Shown piece by piece: positions 1 through 9,103 of a stretch of DNA of 64,000 nt; position 1 is the stretch's first letter; each line of letters starts with the position of its first letter. A model generated the notes under the pieces. The model did no database searches and had not been told where the DNA came from. It saw nothing but the letters and a program-made list of their open reading frames with translations. Both the position numbers and the translations under genes were made by a program. The stretch is from Planctomycetota bacterium (lineage in GTDB: Bacteria; Planctomycetota; SZUA-567; H5-PLA8), in contig JBBRPR010000042.1 in the NCBI GenBank assembly GCA_038227875.1, positions 1 to 64,000 of the forward strand, written 5' to 3'.

Positions 1-1843
1 GCCGCCTCGTCAACGAAGAACCTGTCGAACTCGCTGAAGTTGCGCGGGTAGTCCCCGCCGCCAATCGATAACTGCAACTCTCCCATAGTAAGGGAACGCT
101 ATATCCTGGAGCCACTTGCGTAAAGTGGATACCCCCCTTTGCATTAAATGCTGGCGTGAACGTAAGCGTGCCAGTGGGATCGATTGCAGGCGGTACGGAG
201 AAGAGTGCCACATTAGTGTTCCCGATCACATTGAAGTTGACGGTTTGCCCGGACTCGTTGGCGGGACCCGGGGAAATGGACGTAGCGAAGTTGGAGAATG
301 ATTGTAGGCCCGAGTTCTCGAGTGCGGTTGCGCTGGCCTGTAGAGAAAAAGTGGGAGCGTGATTTATTGTCCCCACCATGATCGAGACTGTGAGCGTTGT
401 CGGACTGTAAGCGGTATTGCCACCGTTTGCAGAGACATCAACGTTGGGACTTCCATTGGTCTTCAGGTCCGAGCCGTCCCAAGCACGGAACTTGAGAGTT
501 GCCGTACCGACGTATCCGAGATTTGGAACAAAGAGAACTGCCGTATTGGCATTCGATGTCAGCAATGTTGCGTTGGTATCGGTCAGGCTATTGAAGGGTG
601 TCCAAGTTGTTCCGCCGTCTATCGTAAATTTCCAAATCCCGTTTGTCTGATCGGCAGCAGTAACGGCGATGCCCGTGGAATCGCCGACATCCACGTCTGA
701 GACAAAAGGGAGTACAAATGAAATCGGTTCTGCCGGACTGGTTGTGTTGACGGGGATTCCAGGAAAGGTTGGACTACCGCTACTTAGTACCGGCGCGTGA
801 TTCACGTGAACAACCGTCAGCAGAAAACTCCGCATCGCTGTGGCGCCTGCCGGATCCGTAACCGTTACGGTGATCGTCACGGTTCCATGGGTGAAGAGAG
901 TTGGCGTAACTTTAACTGTTGGGTTGAGTGTTCCTGCATTGAGAAACGTAATTCCGCTGATGGGAACAATCGAAAGATCACTTGAACTCGCGGAAAGAGT
1001 CAGATTGTTTGGTGTTTCCGAATCGTTGATGTTGAACGCTTGTGATGAAAACGTATCTTCAAAAATCATCTGGGCGCCGAGCGGGGTAATCGTCGGCGGA
1101 GTGTTAACGTTGACTGTAACGAGGAACGTCTGCGAATTGGTTCCGCCATTTGGATCATGAGCGGTGACTGTAATCGTCGCGGTTCCGGGTCCACCTGCCG
1201 TCGGTGTTACAGTGACGGTTCTGTTCGCCCCTGATCCGCCAAAGACAATACTTGCATCAAGAATCAGGGATTGATCGCTGGATGTTCCCGTGAGTGTTAC
1301 AGACGCCGGACCGGAGTCGACGTCATCCACCGAAAAGGGAAGTGCGGTAGTCGGAATCGATTGAGTGGTCGTCGCATCGGGGGGACGCGTTAATGTTGGT
1401 GGGTGGTTAAGGAACAGTACACTTATGGCAACACTCTTGGATGCAGAATTAGCCGGAACCCCTGCTTCGTTGACGTTGATGACGAGTGTGTCAGCACCGA
1501 CATAATGGAGGTTCGGAATGTACTGGAGCGTCGCGAACGCGGTCGTTACAGCGTTTTGATCGGCATCCGGAAAATTCGAGATATTGGAATTGGTGGTCAC
1601 TGTGCCGTTCGGAAAAGTGATCACGAGTGTGCCATGCGTCACCTTAAGTTGGGTGACATTGAAAGTTCCAGCGTAGCCCAGATCCATCAATGATAGTCCC
1701 GATCCGATATTCGTCGGGGTGTCCTCGTTGACGTTGGCGTTTGAGGGTCCGAAAATAACCGGCGTGCCTGCATAAATTTTCGAGCAAATGAGAGTTGCCG
1801 CCAGCACGCAAAGCCAGCACGGAGTAACCGTTCTCTTAAACAC
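1..1843 (-). CDS. Large exported Ig-like/cadherin-like repeat surface protein (adhesin-like); runs off the left end of the window
   Basis: Not in the ORF track because no stop is reached. Manual translation from GTG at 1843 (G-rich SD upstream) gives a signal-peptide-like start VFKRTVTPCWLCVLAATLICSKIYAG. Segments checked in the same frame give typical repeats: NEDTPTNIGSGLSL, GTVTITVTVTDP, GIAVTAADQTNGIWKFTIDGGTTW...FRAWDGSD, FATSISPGPANESGQTVNFNV...GTLTFTPA. Confidence 0.85.
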   Translation of the reverse strand, partial: MFKRTVTPCWLCVLAATLICSKIYAGTPVIFGPSNANVNEDTPTNIGSGLSLMDLGYAGTFNVTQLKVTHGTLVITFPNGTVTTNSNISNFPDADQNAVTTAFATLQYIPNLHYVGADTLVINVNEAGVPANSASKSVAISVLFLNHPPTLTRPPDATTTQSIPTTALPFSVDDVDSGPASVTLTGTSSDQSLILDASIVFGGSGANRTVTVTPTAGGPGTATITVTAHDPNGGTNSQTFLVTVNVNTPPTITPLGAQMIFEDTFSSQAFNINDSETPNNLTLSASSSDLSIVPISGITFLNAGTLNPTVKVTPTLFTHGTVTITVTVTDPAGATAMRSFLLTVVHVNHAPVLSSGSPTFPGIPVNTTSPAEPISFVLPFVSDVDVGDSTGIAVTAADQTNGIWKFTIDGGTTWTPFNSLTDTNATLLTSNANTAVLFVPNLGYVGTATLKFRAWDGSDLKTNGSPNVDVSANGGNTAYSPTTLTVSIMVGTINHAPTFSLQASATALENSGLQSFSNFATSISPGPANESGQTVNFNVIGNTNVALFSVPPAIDPTGTLTFTPAFNAKGGIHFTQVAPGYSVPLLWESCSYRLAAGTTRATSASSTGSSLTRR

Positions 1844-2263
1844 ATTTCCCCCACAAAAATACGAGCGCACACCACGTCCAAGTCGTTGCAATCAAGGCGT
1901 TAACCTAGACGCGCACCGAAGCCAGTCAATCGTTTTCTATGTGTACGTACAGTAACCCTTTGCAGCGTCCAGTAGTCACGGAAGCCCGCTCAGTCGGCGT
2001 GGATCATGGTTGGTGTCAAACGCCTTCCGATTGTGTTCCTTCTCCCCCGGTTTAGTCCCGGCGGTCGCGATGATTTCTTTGGTTTTCTGGGGAAAACGAG
2101 GTAGCTTTGCGTGTCTATTCCTGACGGGGGATTGTGTCGCTCCTCCGCGCTGGAAGCCAAGGCAGACCCGCGATTTGCGAGCAGTATCCGCGCCTTAAAA
2201 TGCGTCCAATTTACAGTGGACTAAAACCGCTCGTGCACGTTTCCAAACAGAGGAGGTTTCAGC

Positions 2264-2530
2264 GTGGCCAAGGCAATCGTCGATCCCGAGGAACTCCGCC
2301 GCTTCGCCTCGGACCTCAAGCGCTTCAACGCCGACATCCAGGGGCAGGTGACCTCGATCCAGCGCCGCTTCGTCAAACTCGGCGAAACCTGGCAGGATCA
2401 GGAGCACGCAAAGTTCGCCGACGAATTCAGCAAGCTCGTCGGCCCGCTCAATAAATTCGTCGAAGCCTCCGAGAAGCACATTCCGTTTCTGCTGCGGAAG
2501 GCGCAGAAGATTCAGGAATACTTGGACTGA
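2264..2530 (+). CDS. WXG100-family (ESAT-6-like) small helical protein, W-x-D variant
   Basis: 88 aa; N-terminal VDPEELRRFA, central LGETWQDQEHAKF; AGGAGG SD before the GTG start; upstream of an FtsK/EccC-like ATPase. Confidence 0.85.
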   Translation: MAKAIVDPEELRRFASDLKRFNADIQGQVTSIQRRFVKLGETWQDQEHAKFADEFSKLVGPLNKFVEASEKHIPFLLRKAQKIQEYLD

Positions 2531-2637
2531 TAGTTTTGAGTTTTTAGTTTTGAGTTGGGATTGAGAAGGCAATGGTTTTGGAGCGAAGCGAGACTTTCGT
2601 AACTAAGAACTAAAAACTCACAATTCAAAACTGCCCG
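2529..2637. repeat. Miniature inverted-repeat element, family 1, copy A (AGTTTTG heptamer ends)
   Basis: Left (AGTTTTK)n and right (AACTMAR-like)n tandem heptamers in inverted orientation around a GAGCGAAGCGAG core; aligns end to end with 3145-3254. Confidence 0.85.
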
Positions 2638-2651
2638 AAAGGATCGTTTTC

Positions 2652-3143
2652 ATGTCTAACGGCGCCAACATCCAGTCTCCCGAAATTCTCAAGGCGTTTC
2701 GGCCGCAGTTGATCAAGTTCAACGAGACCTGTCACAACGCCGTCAATGGCGTGCGCACGGACATGCACCGCGCTTCGCAGTGGCTGCGGCAGGATCAGGC
2801 CAATTACTGGAAGCGCGAACTGCGCAAGGCCGAAGAGTCGGTGATCCAGTGCCGCGCGGCGTACAACGAAGCGCGCTACGCGCCGGAATCGATGCGCAAG
2901 ACCAGCGCTGTCGACGAGAAGAAAGCGCTCGAACGCGCCATCCGCCGCAAGGAAGAGTGCGACCAGAAAACGGCGGCAGTCAAACGCTGGTCGATCGTGC
3001 TCGAACAGCACGTCGAGAAAATGATGGGCCCCGTCGACGCGCTCGCGCACACGCTCGATTCGACCACGCCGGCGGCGCTGGCGAAAATCGATTTCATGAT
3101 CGAGAAGCTGGAGGAGTACATGAAGAACGGGAATGCTCAGTAA
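2652..3143 (+). CDS. Alpha-helical coiled-coil protein of the type VII-like locus
   Basis: 163 aa, charged and helical, lies between two WXG100-like genes; its C-terminal KLEEYM resembles KIQEYL of the first WXG100 protein. Confidence 0.8.
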   Translation: MSNGANIQSPEILKAFRPQLIKFNETCHNAVNGVRTDMHRASQWLRQDQANYWKRELRKAEESVIQCRAAYNEARYAPESMRKTSAVDEKKALERAIRRKEECDQKTAAVKRWSIVLEQHVEKMMGPVDALAHTLDSTTPAALAKIDFMIEKLEEYMKNGNAQ

Positions 3144-3144
3144 G

Positions 3145-3254
3145 GATAGTTTTGAATTTTGAGTTTTGAGTTGAGATTGAAAATGGCAACGGTTACGAGC
3201 GAAGCGAGAGCGCTGGTAACTCAAAACTAAAAACTCATAACTCAAAACTGCCCG
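3145..3254. repeat. Miniature inverted-repeat element, family 1, copy B
   Basis: GATAGTTTTGAATTTTGAGTTTTGAG...GAGCGAAGCGAG...AACTCAAAACTAAAAACTCATAACTCAAAACTGCCCG, colinear with 2529-2637. Confidence 0.85.
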
Positions 3255-3288
3255 TGTAGAATAGTTTTTAGGTTCAAGGAGGTCTTCA

Positions 3289-3510
3289 ATGTCTACGTTG
3301 CGGATGGCGGGCAATGAATCGATGCTGGCCAAGGCCCTTGAGGACCTGGAGAAGAAGTGGGCGATCACGGCCGACGGCTGGCGCGATCAGGCGCGCGAAG
3401 AATTTGATCTGCAGTACCTGGAACAGATGCGGCATGCCGTCCGCACCGCTCGCAGCGCGATTCGCAATGTGGATGAGTTGATGGCGCAGGTGGTCAGGGA
3501 ATGCAGTTGA
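3289..3510 (+). CDS. Short WXG100-like protein (W-x-D variant)
   Basis: 73 aa; helix-turn-helix pattern with central GWRDQAREEF; AAGGAGG SD. Confidence 0.75.
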   Translation: MSTLRMAGNESMLAKALEDLEKKWAITADGWRDQAREEFDLQYLEQMRHAVRTARSAIRNVDELMAQVVRECS

Positions 3511-3586
3511 ATGTCGAAGAATGACCGAAGGGCAGGCAGGGAATTTCGCGGTAGTTGGGAATTTTGAATTCTAGAAAGACGAGCGC

Positions 3587-6500
3587 ATGGAACGGATTCG
3601 CAAGCGGCTGGTGGATGTGAAGGCGCAATTGACGGCGATCTTGAGCGACCGCGATGCGGTGTACGCCAAGGAGCGTTCGTTCATCGAGGACGAGCAGGCG
3701 GCGTTCACCAAGGCATCGGCGAAGCTGAAGGCCGAACTGGCCAGCGCGCTGCAGGCTCATGATGCGCAGACGGCCGAAGCGCGGAAGAAACTGGAAGCGA
3801 AGTGGAAGCGCCGCACCGACCGCGTCGAGACGGCATTCATCAAAGTTAAAGCGAAGCTCGAAGCCCGCGCCAGCACCGTCCGCGCCAACGCCCGCAAGAA
3901 GCAGCAGCAGGCTCACGAAAAAGCAACGAAGGAATACGAAGCTCAGGCCACGGACTTTCAGCAGCGATGCCGGCTCGAATTCGAGCGCCTCGAAGGGCTG
4001 CTCTTCACCGGCGAAGACCTGAAGCGCCGCATCGCCGGATTTGCGCAGGAACAGGGGCTGCGTCTGGATTCCAAGAAGGCGCCGCCGTTTGTGCCATCGC
4101 AGTCAGCGGCGATGCCCGACGCGATCGAAGAATCGCTGAAAGCGATCAACGACCGTCTCGAAGCCGAACGCATGCGCATGAACAAACGCATGTCGCCGGT
4201 GGTGCTCATCTCCATCACGCTGCTGGCGACCATTGCCGGCACCGCGGCGATGTATTCGCAGCAGCCGGATTCGCCGATCAAGTTTGGCATCATCGGGCTG
4301 GGCGTCGTGATCCTCGCGGCGATCCAGGCGATCAACAGCAAGGCCAAGGACAAGGCCTGCATGGTCGCGGTGGAACTCTGGCATCAGTCGAGCGAACTGT
4401 GCATCCTCACCGAATCCCAGAAAGGCCCCGTCGACGAGAAGCAGACGCAGGGTCTGGCCGAACTGGAAGGCACGCGCATCCAGCGCTTCTGCGTCGTCGA
4501 TGAGGAGACGAACAAGGCGATCAACGAGAGCAACAAGTCGTCGGCCGAAGCGGTGAAGGGCGTGCGCGCACGGCGCGATCAGCTGATGGCCAAAGTCGTT
4601 GCGGCGCAGAAGGTGGCAATCGACACATTCACGCAGACGTCCACACAGGCCACAGAAAAGCACCGCACGGAATTGACGGTGAAAGAAAAACAATTCACCT
4701 CCGCTCATGCGACCAAGGCCAGCGCGATGGAGCAGGAAAAAACCAGCGAGATCGCGCGCCTCGCCGCCGAATTCGATAAAGCTCTCGCCGACTTGCAGTC
4801 GTTCGGCGCGCAGGAGATTAAGCAGGCGCGCACCACCAATCCCGTCTGGACCGAGGAGCTGGCCAAAACGTGGAAGCTGCCCTCCGCGTTCGCTGAGGAC
4901 GTCTTCGCCGGAACGGTTCACGCCGATCTGCGCCGCCTCGTGCCGGAAGCGGAGCTCGAAGGCAAATTCTCGATCCCCGACGGCGCGACGGCTGAGCTCC
5001 CCCTTCTATTGACGTACCCGATGCTCGGCAGCCTCTTCATCCGCGCCGGCAGCGCCAAGCGCGAAGCGGCGATGCAGACGCTCTCCGCGTCGGTGCTGCG
5101 ACTGCTCACCTCGCTCCCGGCGACCAAGGCGAAGCTCACCATCATCGACCCGATCGGTCTCGGCCAGAATTTCGGCGGGCTGATGCATCTCAACGATTAC
5201 GACGAATCGATTGTCGGCGGGAAAATCTGGAGCGACATTACCCATGTCGAAAAGAAGCTGACTGATCTGACCGAACACATGGAAAAGATCATCCAGAAAT
5301 ACCTCCGCAACAAATACGAATCGATCAGCGACTTCAACCGCGAAGCCGGCCAGATGGCCGAGCCCTATCGTTTCCTGGTCATCGCGGATTTCCCCAATGG
5401 CTTCACCGAACTGGCGCTGGAACGCCTGGCCAGCATCATCGCCAGCGGCGTGCGCTGCGGCGTTTACACGCTGATTTTGAACGACGACCGCGGCCGCATT
5501 CCGCAGCCGGTTTCGGAAGCGCATGTCCGCCGCAACGGTCTGTTCCTCTCGGAATTCGAGGACGGCTTCGTGCTCGAAGACGACACGATCAAGCGCGCCA
5601 AAGTCACGCTCGAAGCGCCGCCGCCCGCGAATGTCGTCGACGCGCTGATTCACACCATCGGCGTGCAGTCGCAGGAAGCCGGGCGCGTCCAGGTGCCGTT
5701 CGAAGCGGTGACGCCCAAGCCGCAGGAATTCTGGACCAGCAGCACCGAATCCGGCGTACGCCTGCCACTGGGCAAGGCCGGCGCCGACCGCCTGCAATTC
5801 ATGCAGCTGGGCAAAGGCACCGCGCAACACGCGCTGATCGCCGGAAAGACCGGCTCCGGAAAATCGAATCTCTTCCACGTCATCGTCACCAACGCGTCGA
5901 TGTGGTACAGCCCGAAGGAAATCGAGTTCTACCTGATCGACTTCAAGAAGGGCGTCGAATTCAAAACGTATGGCGTTCACGAGCTTCCGCACGCGCGCGT
6001 CGTCGCGATTGAAAGCGACCGCGAATTCGGCTTGAGCGTGCTGAAGCGCATCGATCGCGAGCTGACTACGCGCGGCGAACTGTTCCGCAAAGCGCGCGTC
6101 CAGGATTTCCCCAGCTTCCGCAAAGCCGAACCCAGCATGCATATTCCGCGCTCGCTGCTGGTCATCGACGAATTCCAGGAATTCTTCACCGACGACGATG
6201 CCGTCGCGCAGGAAGCGTCGCTGCTGCTCGACCGCGTCGTCCGCCAGGGCCGCGCGTTCGGCATTCACGTGATCCTCGGCACGCAGACGCTCGGCGGCAC
6301 GTACTCGCTGGCCAAGAGCACGCTGGGGCAGGTCGCGGTGCGCATCGCGCTACAGTGTAACGAAGCCGACTCGTACATGATCCTGAGCGACGACAACTCC
6401 GCCGCAGCGCTGCTCTCGCGGCCCGGCGAAGCGATCTACAACGATCAGGCCGGTCTGGTCGAAGGCAACAACCCGTTCCAGGCCGTGTATCTGCCGAAGG

Positions 6501-7471
6501 AAGATCAGGACAAGTTCCTGCTGTCGATCCAGCAGAAGGTGCAGAACGAAAAGCTCAACTTCCCTGGCCCGTCGGTCTTCGAAGGCAACAGTCTCGCCGA
6601 TCTGCGCACCAACCGGCTGCTTCCGGAACTCGCCGGCCGCACCCCAACTCGCGCGGAAGGCGCGCGCATTTGGCTGGGCGACGCCAACGCGATCAAGGGA
6701 CCGACGGAAGTTCACTTCGACCGCCAGGCCGGCAACAACCTGCTGATTGTCGGCCAGCGTGGCGAGCCGGAGTTGTCGATGTGTACCGCGACACTGCTCT
6801 CGCTGGCCGCCGGAAATTCGCCCGACGACGTAAAGATCTATGTTTTCGACGGCACGACTCCCGATTCCGGCGCGCGCGACCGGCTCTCCCTGGTCACCAG
6901 CGTGCTGCCGCACGACATCGACATCGTCGAAATGCGCCGTCTGCCGCACGTGCTCGACGAGATCGGCGCACTAATCAAGGCGCGTCAGGAAGGCGGCGAA
7001 GATCCCGTCCGCGTTTACGTGCTCGTGCTGGGCCTTGACCGCTTCCGCATGCTGCGCCAGGACGATGAATTCGGCTTCGGCTCATCGTCTTCCGACGAGA
7101 CCGTGGCGCCGGCCAAGCGCTTCTCCGACATGCTGACGGAAGGCCCGAACCAAGGCGTGCATTCGATCATCTGGTGCGACACGCTGACCAATCTCAACCG
7201 CACGATCAACCGCAAGACGCTGCGCGAATTTGAAATGCGCGTGCTCTTCCAGATGAGCGCCAACGATTCGTCGGAGCTGATCGACACGCCCGCCGCCAAC
7301 CGCCTGGGCCTGTACAACGCGCTGCTCTTCACCGCGCAGGACGGCGCGACGGAAAAGTTCCGACCGTACATGTTCCCCGACAGCGATTTGGTGGCCGATC
7401 TGAGCAAATCGCTGCACGCGCGAAAGACGGCCTCGCGCAGCGGCGAGAAAACGGCTGTGAGCGGGGAGTAG
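3587..7471 (+). CDS. FtsK/SpoIIIE-family ATPase, EccC/EssC-like (coiled coil, two TM helices, three RecA-like domains)
   Basis: 1294 aa. Intact Walker A HALIAGKTGSGKS, YLIDFKKG and Walker B LLVIDEFQ, plus QGRAFGIHVILGTQ. Degenerate domains on either side (IIDP...FLVIADFP; NLLIVGQRGE). Two hydrophobic helices near aa 200-250. Confidence 0.92.
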   Translation: MERIRKRLVDVKAQLTAILSDRDAVYAKERSFIEDEQAAFTKASAKLKAELASALQAHDAQTAEARKKLEAKWKRRTDRVETAFIKVKAKLEARASTVRANARKKQQQAHEKATKEYEAQATDFQQRCRLEFERLEGLLFTGEDLKRRIAGFAQEQGLRLDSKKAPPFVPSQSAAMPDAIEESLKAINDRLEAERMRMNKRMSPVVLISITLLATIAGTAAMYSQQPDSPIKFGIIGLGVVILAAIQAINSKAKDKACMVAVELWHQSSELCILTESQKGPVDEKQTQGLAELEGTRIQRFCVVDEETNKAINESNKSSAEAVKGVRARRDQLMAKVVAAQKVAIDTFTQTSTQATEKHRTELTVKEKQFTSAHATKASAMEQEKTSEIARLAAEFDKALADLQSFGAQEIKQARTTNPVWTEELAKTWKLPSAFAEDVFAGTVHADLRRLVPEAELEGKFSIPDGATAELPLLLTYPMLGSLFIRAGSAKREAAMQTLSASVLRLLTSLPATKAKLTIIDPIGLGQNFGGLMHLNDYDESIVGGKIWSDITHVEKKLTDLTEHMEKIIQKYLRNKYESISDFNREAGQMAEPYRFLVIADFPNGFTELALERLASIIASGVRCGVYTLILNDDRGRIPQPVSEAHVRRNGLFLSEFEDGFVLEDDTIKRAKVTLEAPPPANVVDALIHTIGVQSQEAGRVQVPFEAVTPKPQEFWTSSTESGVRLPLGKAGADRLQFMQLGKGTAQHALIAGKTGSGKSNLFHVIVTNASMWYSPKEIEFYLIDFKKGVEFKTYGVHELPHARVVAIESDREFGLSVLKRIDRELTTRGELFRKARVQDFPSFRKAEPSMHIPRSLLVIDEFQEFFTDDDAVAQEASLLLDRVVRQGRAFGIHVILGTQTLGGTYSLAKSTLGQVAVRIALQCNEADSYMILSDDNSAAALLSRPGEAIYNDQAGLVEGNNPFQAVYLPKEDQDKFLLSIQQKVQNEKLNFPGPSVFEGNSLADLRTNRLLPELAGRTPTRAEGARIWLGDANAIKGPTEVHFDRQAGNNLLIVGQRGEPELSMCTATLLSLAAGNSPDDVKIYVFDGTTPDSGARDRLSLVTSVLPHDIDIVEMRRLPHVLDEIGALIKARQEGGEDPVRVYVLVLGLDRFRMLRQDDEFGFGSSSSDETVAPAKRFSDMLTEGPNQGVHSIIWCDTLTNLNRTINRKTLREFEMRVLFQMSANDSSELIDTPAANRLGLYNALLFTAQDGATEKFRPYMFPDSDLVADLSKSLHARKTASRSGEKTAVSGE

Positions 7472-7598
7472 CAATTCACTCCCCTTTCGGCCCAAGGAAT
7501 CGAAAGAGCGCATGTCGCTCGGACTTCTTATAAATAAAGCGCCGCAACGAGCGGCGACTGCCGAGCGCTTGCGCCCGCCACATCTGTATGTACTCACG

Positions 7599-8933
7599 TT
7601 AAATATCCAAACCGTGCCCCATCATGACCGGTGAACCGGCAGCGATTTCAACCAATGGAATCCCGGCCTCAGGCACGATGGCGCCGTGCTGGCGCAGCGT
7701 GCTGCGGATGTCCTGAAGGGCAAGCTGTTCGACTTCCGTTCCCGATAGGGCCGTCAGGGCGGCCATGGCGCCGGCGGCCTGACCCATCGCCATGCAACTG
7801 GCCTGCGCGCGCAAAGCGGAGTTGGCGGCGCGATCGCTGGATATGCAGCGGCCGGCAACAATCAAATTGGTCGTCCCGACGGGCAACATTGCGCCACGCG
7901 GAATCGTCGGAACGACTCCTTCCGCCAACGGGCGGCAATCGAGTCCCTTGCCGGACGACATGTGCAAATCAATCGGATAGAACGAATAACAAACCGCGTC
8001 GTCCCACAGCCGCCCGGAGACATAATCTTCGACCGTGACAGTTGCCTTGCCTACGATGGTGACCGTTTCCCGTACACCGCATTCTGGCGCAACATAATCG
8101 AGATGCAGATTCTCAAGCCCCGGCTGGCGCCGAAGAAATCGGTAGAGGCGCAGCAGCGACGCGCGCGCTTCCAGTTCCATGCTCGTCTTGCCTTCGCTTG
8201 ACCCTGCATTGATCCCGATGACATGGCTGGAATTCTCACCGCACTTGCGAACCCATTTGGGATCGAAACGATTCAAATTCCAGCCAATGTCGGATTGCTT
8301 GAGCCGCCCCTGACCGACCTCCGCCTCAAACGCGACGCGCAACGCCTCGTAATCGATCGTGGCCGGGTCGTAACCAGTGGCATGGCAGACCAGCGTGCCG
8401 GGCTGCACTTCCGGCGGCGTAATCGTTGCGCATCCCGCGAGTGTCGCGGCATTCGCGTCTCCGGATGCATCGATCACGACGCGGGATTCAATTACCGAGA
8501 GGCCGCTCTTCGTACACAGCGTCGTTTTCCACACGCCCCCGCGCTGTTCCACGCTCGCAACCATGGCGTGAAGCTGAATCGTCGTCCCGGCCTTCAGCAA
8601 CGCCTCATCGCAAATCGCAGAATAGAGGGCACGGTTGATTTGAATATGATGGAGCGGATGCGCGTTGGGGTCCTGCATTTTCGGATTGGGAAGCGGAATT
8701 CCGCATTCTGCTGCGCAGTTCTGCACTAATTCCCAGCCGATACCCGCAATCACCTGGCGCTTCCATGCGTGGAATAGTCCAGGGAAGTCGATCCCAGCCG
8801 TTGTGATTGTTCCGCCCAGCAGCCCGGTCTTTTCAACCAGTAGCGTGTGCGCGCCGGCGAGACTGGACTGAATCGCCGCGATCACACCTGCTGTTCCACC
8901 ACCGATCACGATCACATCCCATTTTTTCTGCAT
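7599..8933 (-). CDS. FAD-dependent oxidoreductase
   Basis: DVIVIGGGTAG Rossmann motif, IDASGDA, GVRET, NLIVAGRCIS, CMAMGQAAG. Start moved to the ATG at 8933 (MQKKWDV), which has a GGAG SD. Confidence 0.88.
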   Translation of the reverse strand: MQKKWDVIVIGGGTAGVIAAIQSSLAGAHTLLVEKTGLLGGTITTAGIDFPGLFHAWKRQVIAGIGWELVQNCAAECGIPLPNPKMQDPNAHPLHHIQINRALYSAICDEALLKAGTTIQLHAMVASVEQRGGVWKTTLCTKSGLSVIESRVVIDASGDANAATLAGCATITPPEVQPGTLVCHATGYDPATIDYEALRVAFEAEVGQGRLKQSDIGWNLNRFDPKWVRKCGENSSHVIGINAGSSEGKTSMELEARASLLRLYRFLRRQPGLENLHLDYVAPECGVRETVTIVGKATVTVEDYVSGRLWDDAVCYSFYPIDLHMSSGKGLDCRPLAEGVVPTIPRGAMLPVGTTNLIVAGRCISSDRAANSALRAQASCMAMGQAAGAMAALTALSGTEVEQLALQDIRSTLRQHGAIVPEAGIPLVEIAAGSPVMMGHGLDI

Positions 8934-8981
8934 CTGTGTGCTCCAAGTCTCTGGTTCGACGCGCCTGATTACTCGATGGGT

Positions 8982-9013
8982 ATGATATCCATCTGATATC
9001 CCATCTGATTTCC
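8982..9013. promoter_or_regulatory. Putative operator: tandem TGATWTCC units in a divergent promoter region
   Basis: atGATATCCatctGATATCCcatctGATTTCC; the same units recur in inverted orientation at 9104-9125. Confidence 0.55.
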
Positions 9014-9103
9014 ACATGTTTATACACCGGTTTGGGGAGTCCGCAATAAAAATGTATTCATTATCAACTTGGAATTGGGCAACGATCTGTCATAAACGAA
9101 TCG

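Noticed and set aside
1687..1881. 64-aa minus-strand ORF as the gene upstream of the WXG100 locus
   Set aside because: Wrong frame; the frame starting at GTG 1843 gives a signal peptide and Ig-like repeats.
2529..3254. Possible CRISPR array suggested by the repeated intergenic sequence
   Set aside because: Only two copies of about 110 bp separated by a whole gene; no repeat-spacer periodicity and no cas genes.
2195..3368. Minus-strand ORFs 2195-2572 and 2625-3368 sharing SQLKT.NSKLS
   Set aside because: The shared peptide is the translation of the heptamer element; the rest is antisense to the WXG100-locus genes.
3587..7471. Cell-division FtsK or conjugative coupling protein
   Set aside because: No gamma domain or 4-TM N-terminus is apparent and no relaxase or integrase is nearby; multiple RecA-like domains and WXG100-like neighbours fit EccC/EssC better.
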